The notes below the pieces were generated by a model. It was not told the DNA's origin and did not search any database. It worked only from the letters and a program-made list of their open reading frames with translations. The translations under genes were made by a program, and so were the position numbers. From the NCBI GenBank assembly GCA_037379345.1, contig CM074515.1, forward strand, positions 15,252,001-15,316,000: DNA of 64,000 nucleotides, given 5' to 3'. The stretch comes from Perna viridis. Its lineage: Eukaryota. Below, one piece after another: positions 63,705 to 64,000 of the stretch (position 1 is its first letter; the number at the start of each line of letters is the position of its first letter).

Positions 63705-63750
63705 ATGGACAAACAGACAGACTGACAGACAGACAGACAGACAGACAGAT
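63705..63750. repeat. (ACAG)n microsatellite, probably part of a HINE-like element running to the window end
   Basis: gacaaacagacagactgacagacagacagacagacagacagat. Confidence 0.85.
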
Positions 63751-64000
63751 GGAAACAGAATTCTTTACTCCCCTGCTTACCTCATAAGCTTTCAACTGTG
63801 TAAGTCTGATGAAACACCAATTTTTGGCCACAAAATTCTACCATGTGTGACCTTGATCTTTGACCTACCTACCCCAAAATCAAAAAATGTCTCCTGTATC
63901 TCATAAGACTTCAACTATTAAAGTTTGATAGGCAGGGGAGAAAAATCTGATATATAATTACAATAAGGCTTGTAAGTCTCATCACATGACCCTATGAATC

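Overview
AT-rich, repeat-dense eukaryotic genomic DNA with spliceosomal GT-AG introns. The repeat complement (Naiad-type Penelope-like elements, Helentron-associated elements, MetaSINE-like SINE) suggests a bivalve mollusc, probably an oyster; this is inference. Genes reconstructed by hand with consistent splice phases: a complete 7-exon ETHE1 persulfide dioxygenase (+, 32316-39077, 307 aa), a 2-coding-exon double-hotdog acyl-ACP-thioesterase-like gene (-, 42205-43833, 283 aa), and the last 10 exons of TTC12 (-, 54263-63396). There are also two tandem uncharacterised paralogues (20141-21076 and 27987-28874) sharing a ~100-aa domain I cannot name, and a probable terminal exon of an upstream gene (1694-1789). 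More than a dozen fragments of a Naiad-type retroelement are present, in tandem, nested and inverted arrangements. They carry a recurring ~100-nt structured 3' RNA element. The rest is LINE fragments, Kolobok-like and TA-targeting MITEs, HINE-like satellite-bearing elements, minisatellites and a ~740-bp palindrome. The most promising leads are the Naiad 3' structured RNA, the orphan paralogue domain, the thioesterase and the large palindrome.
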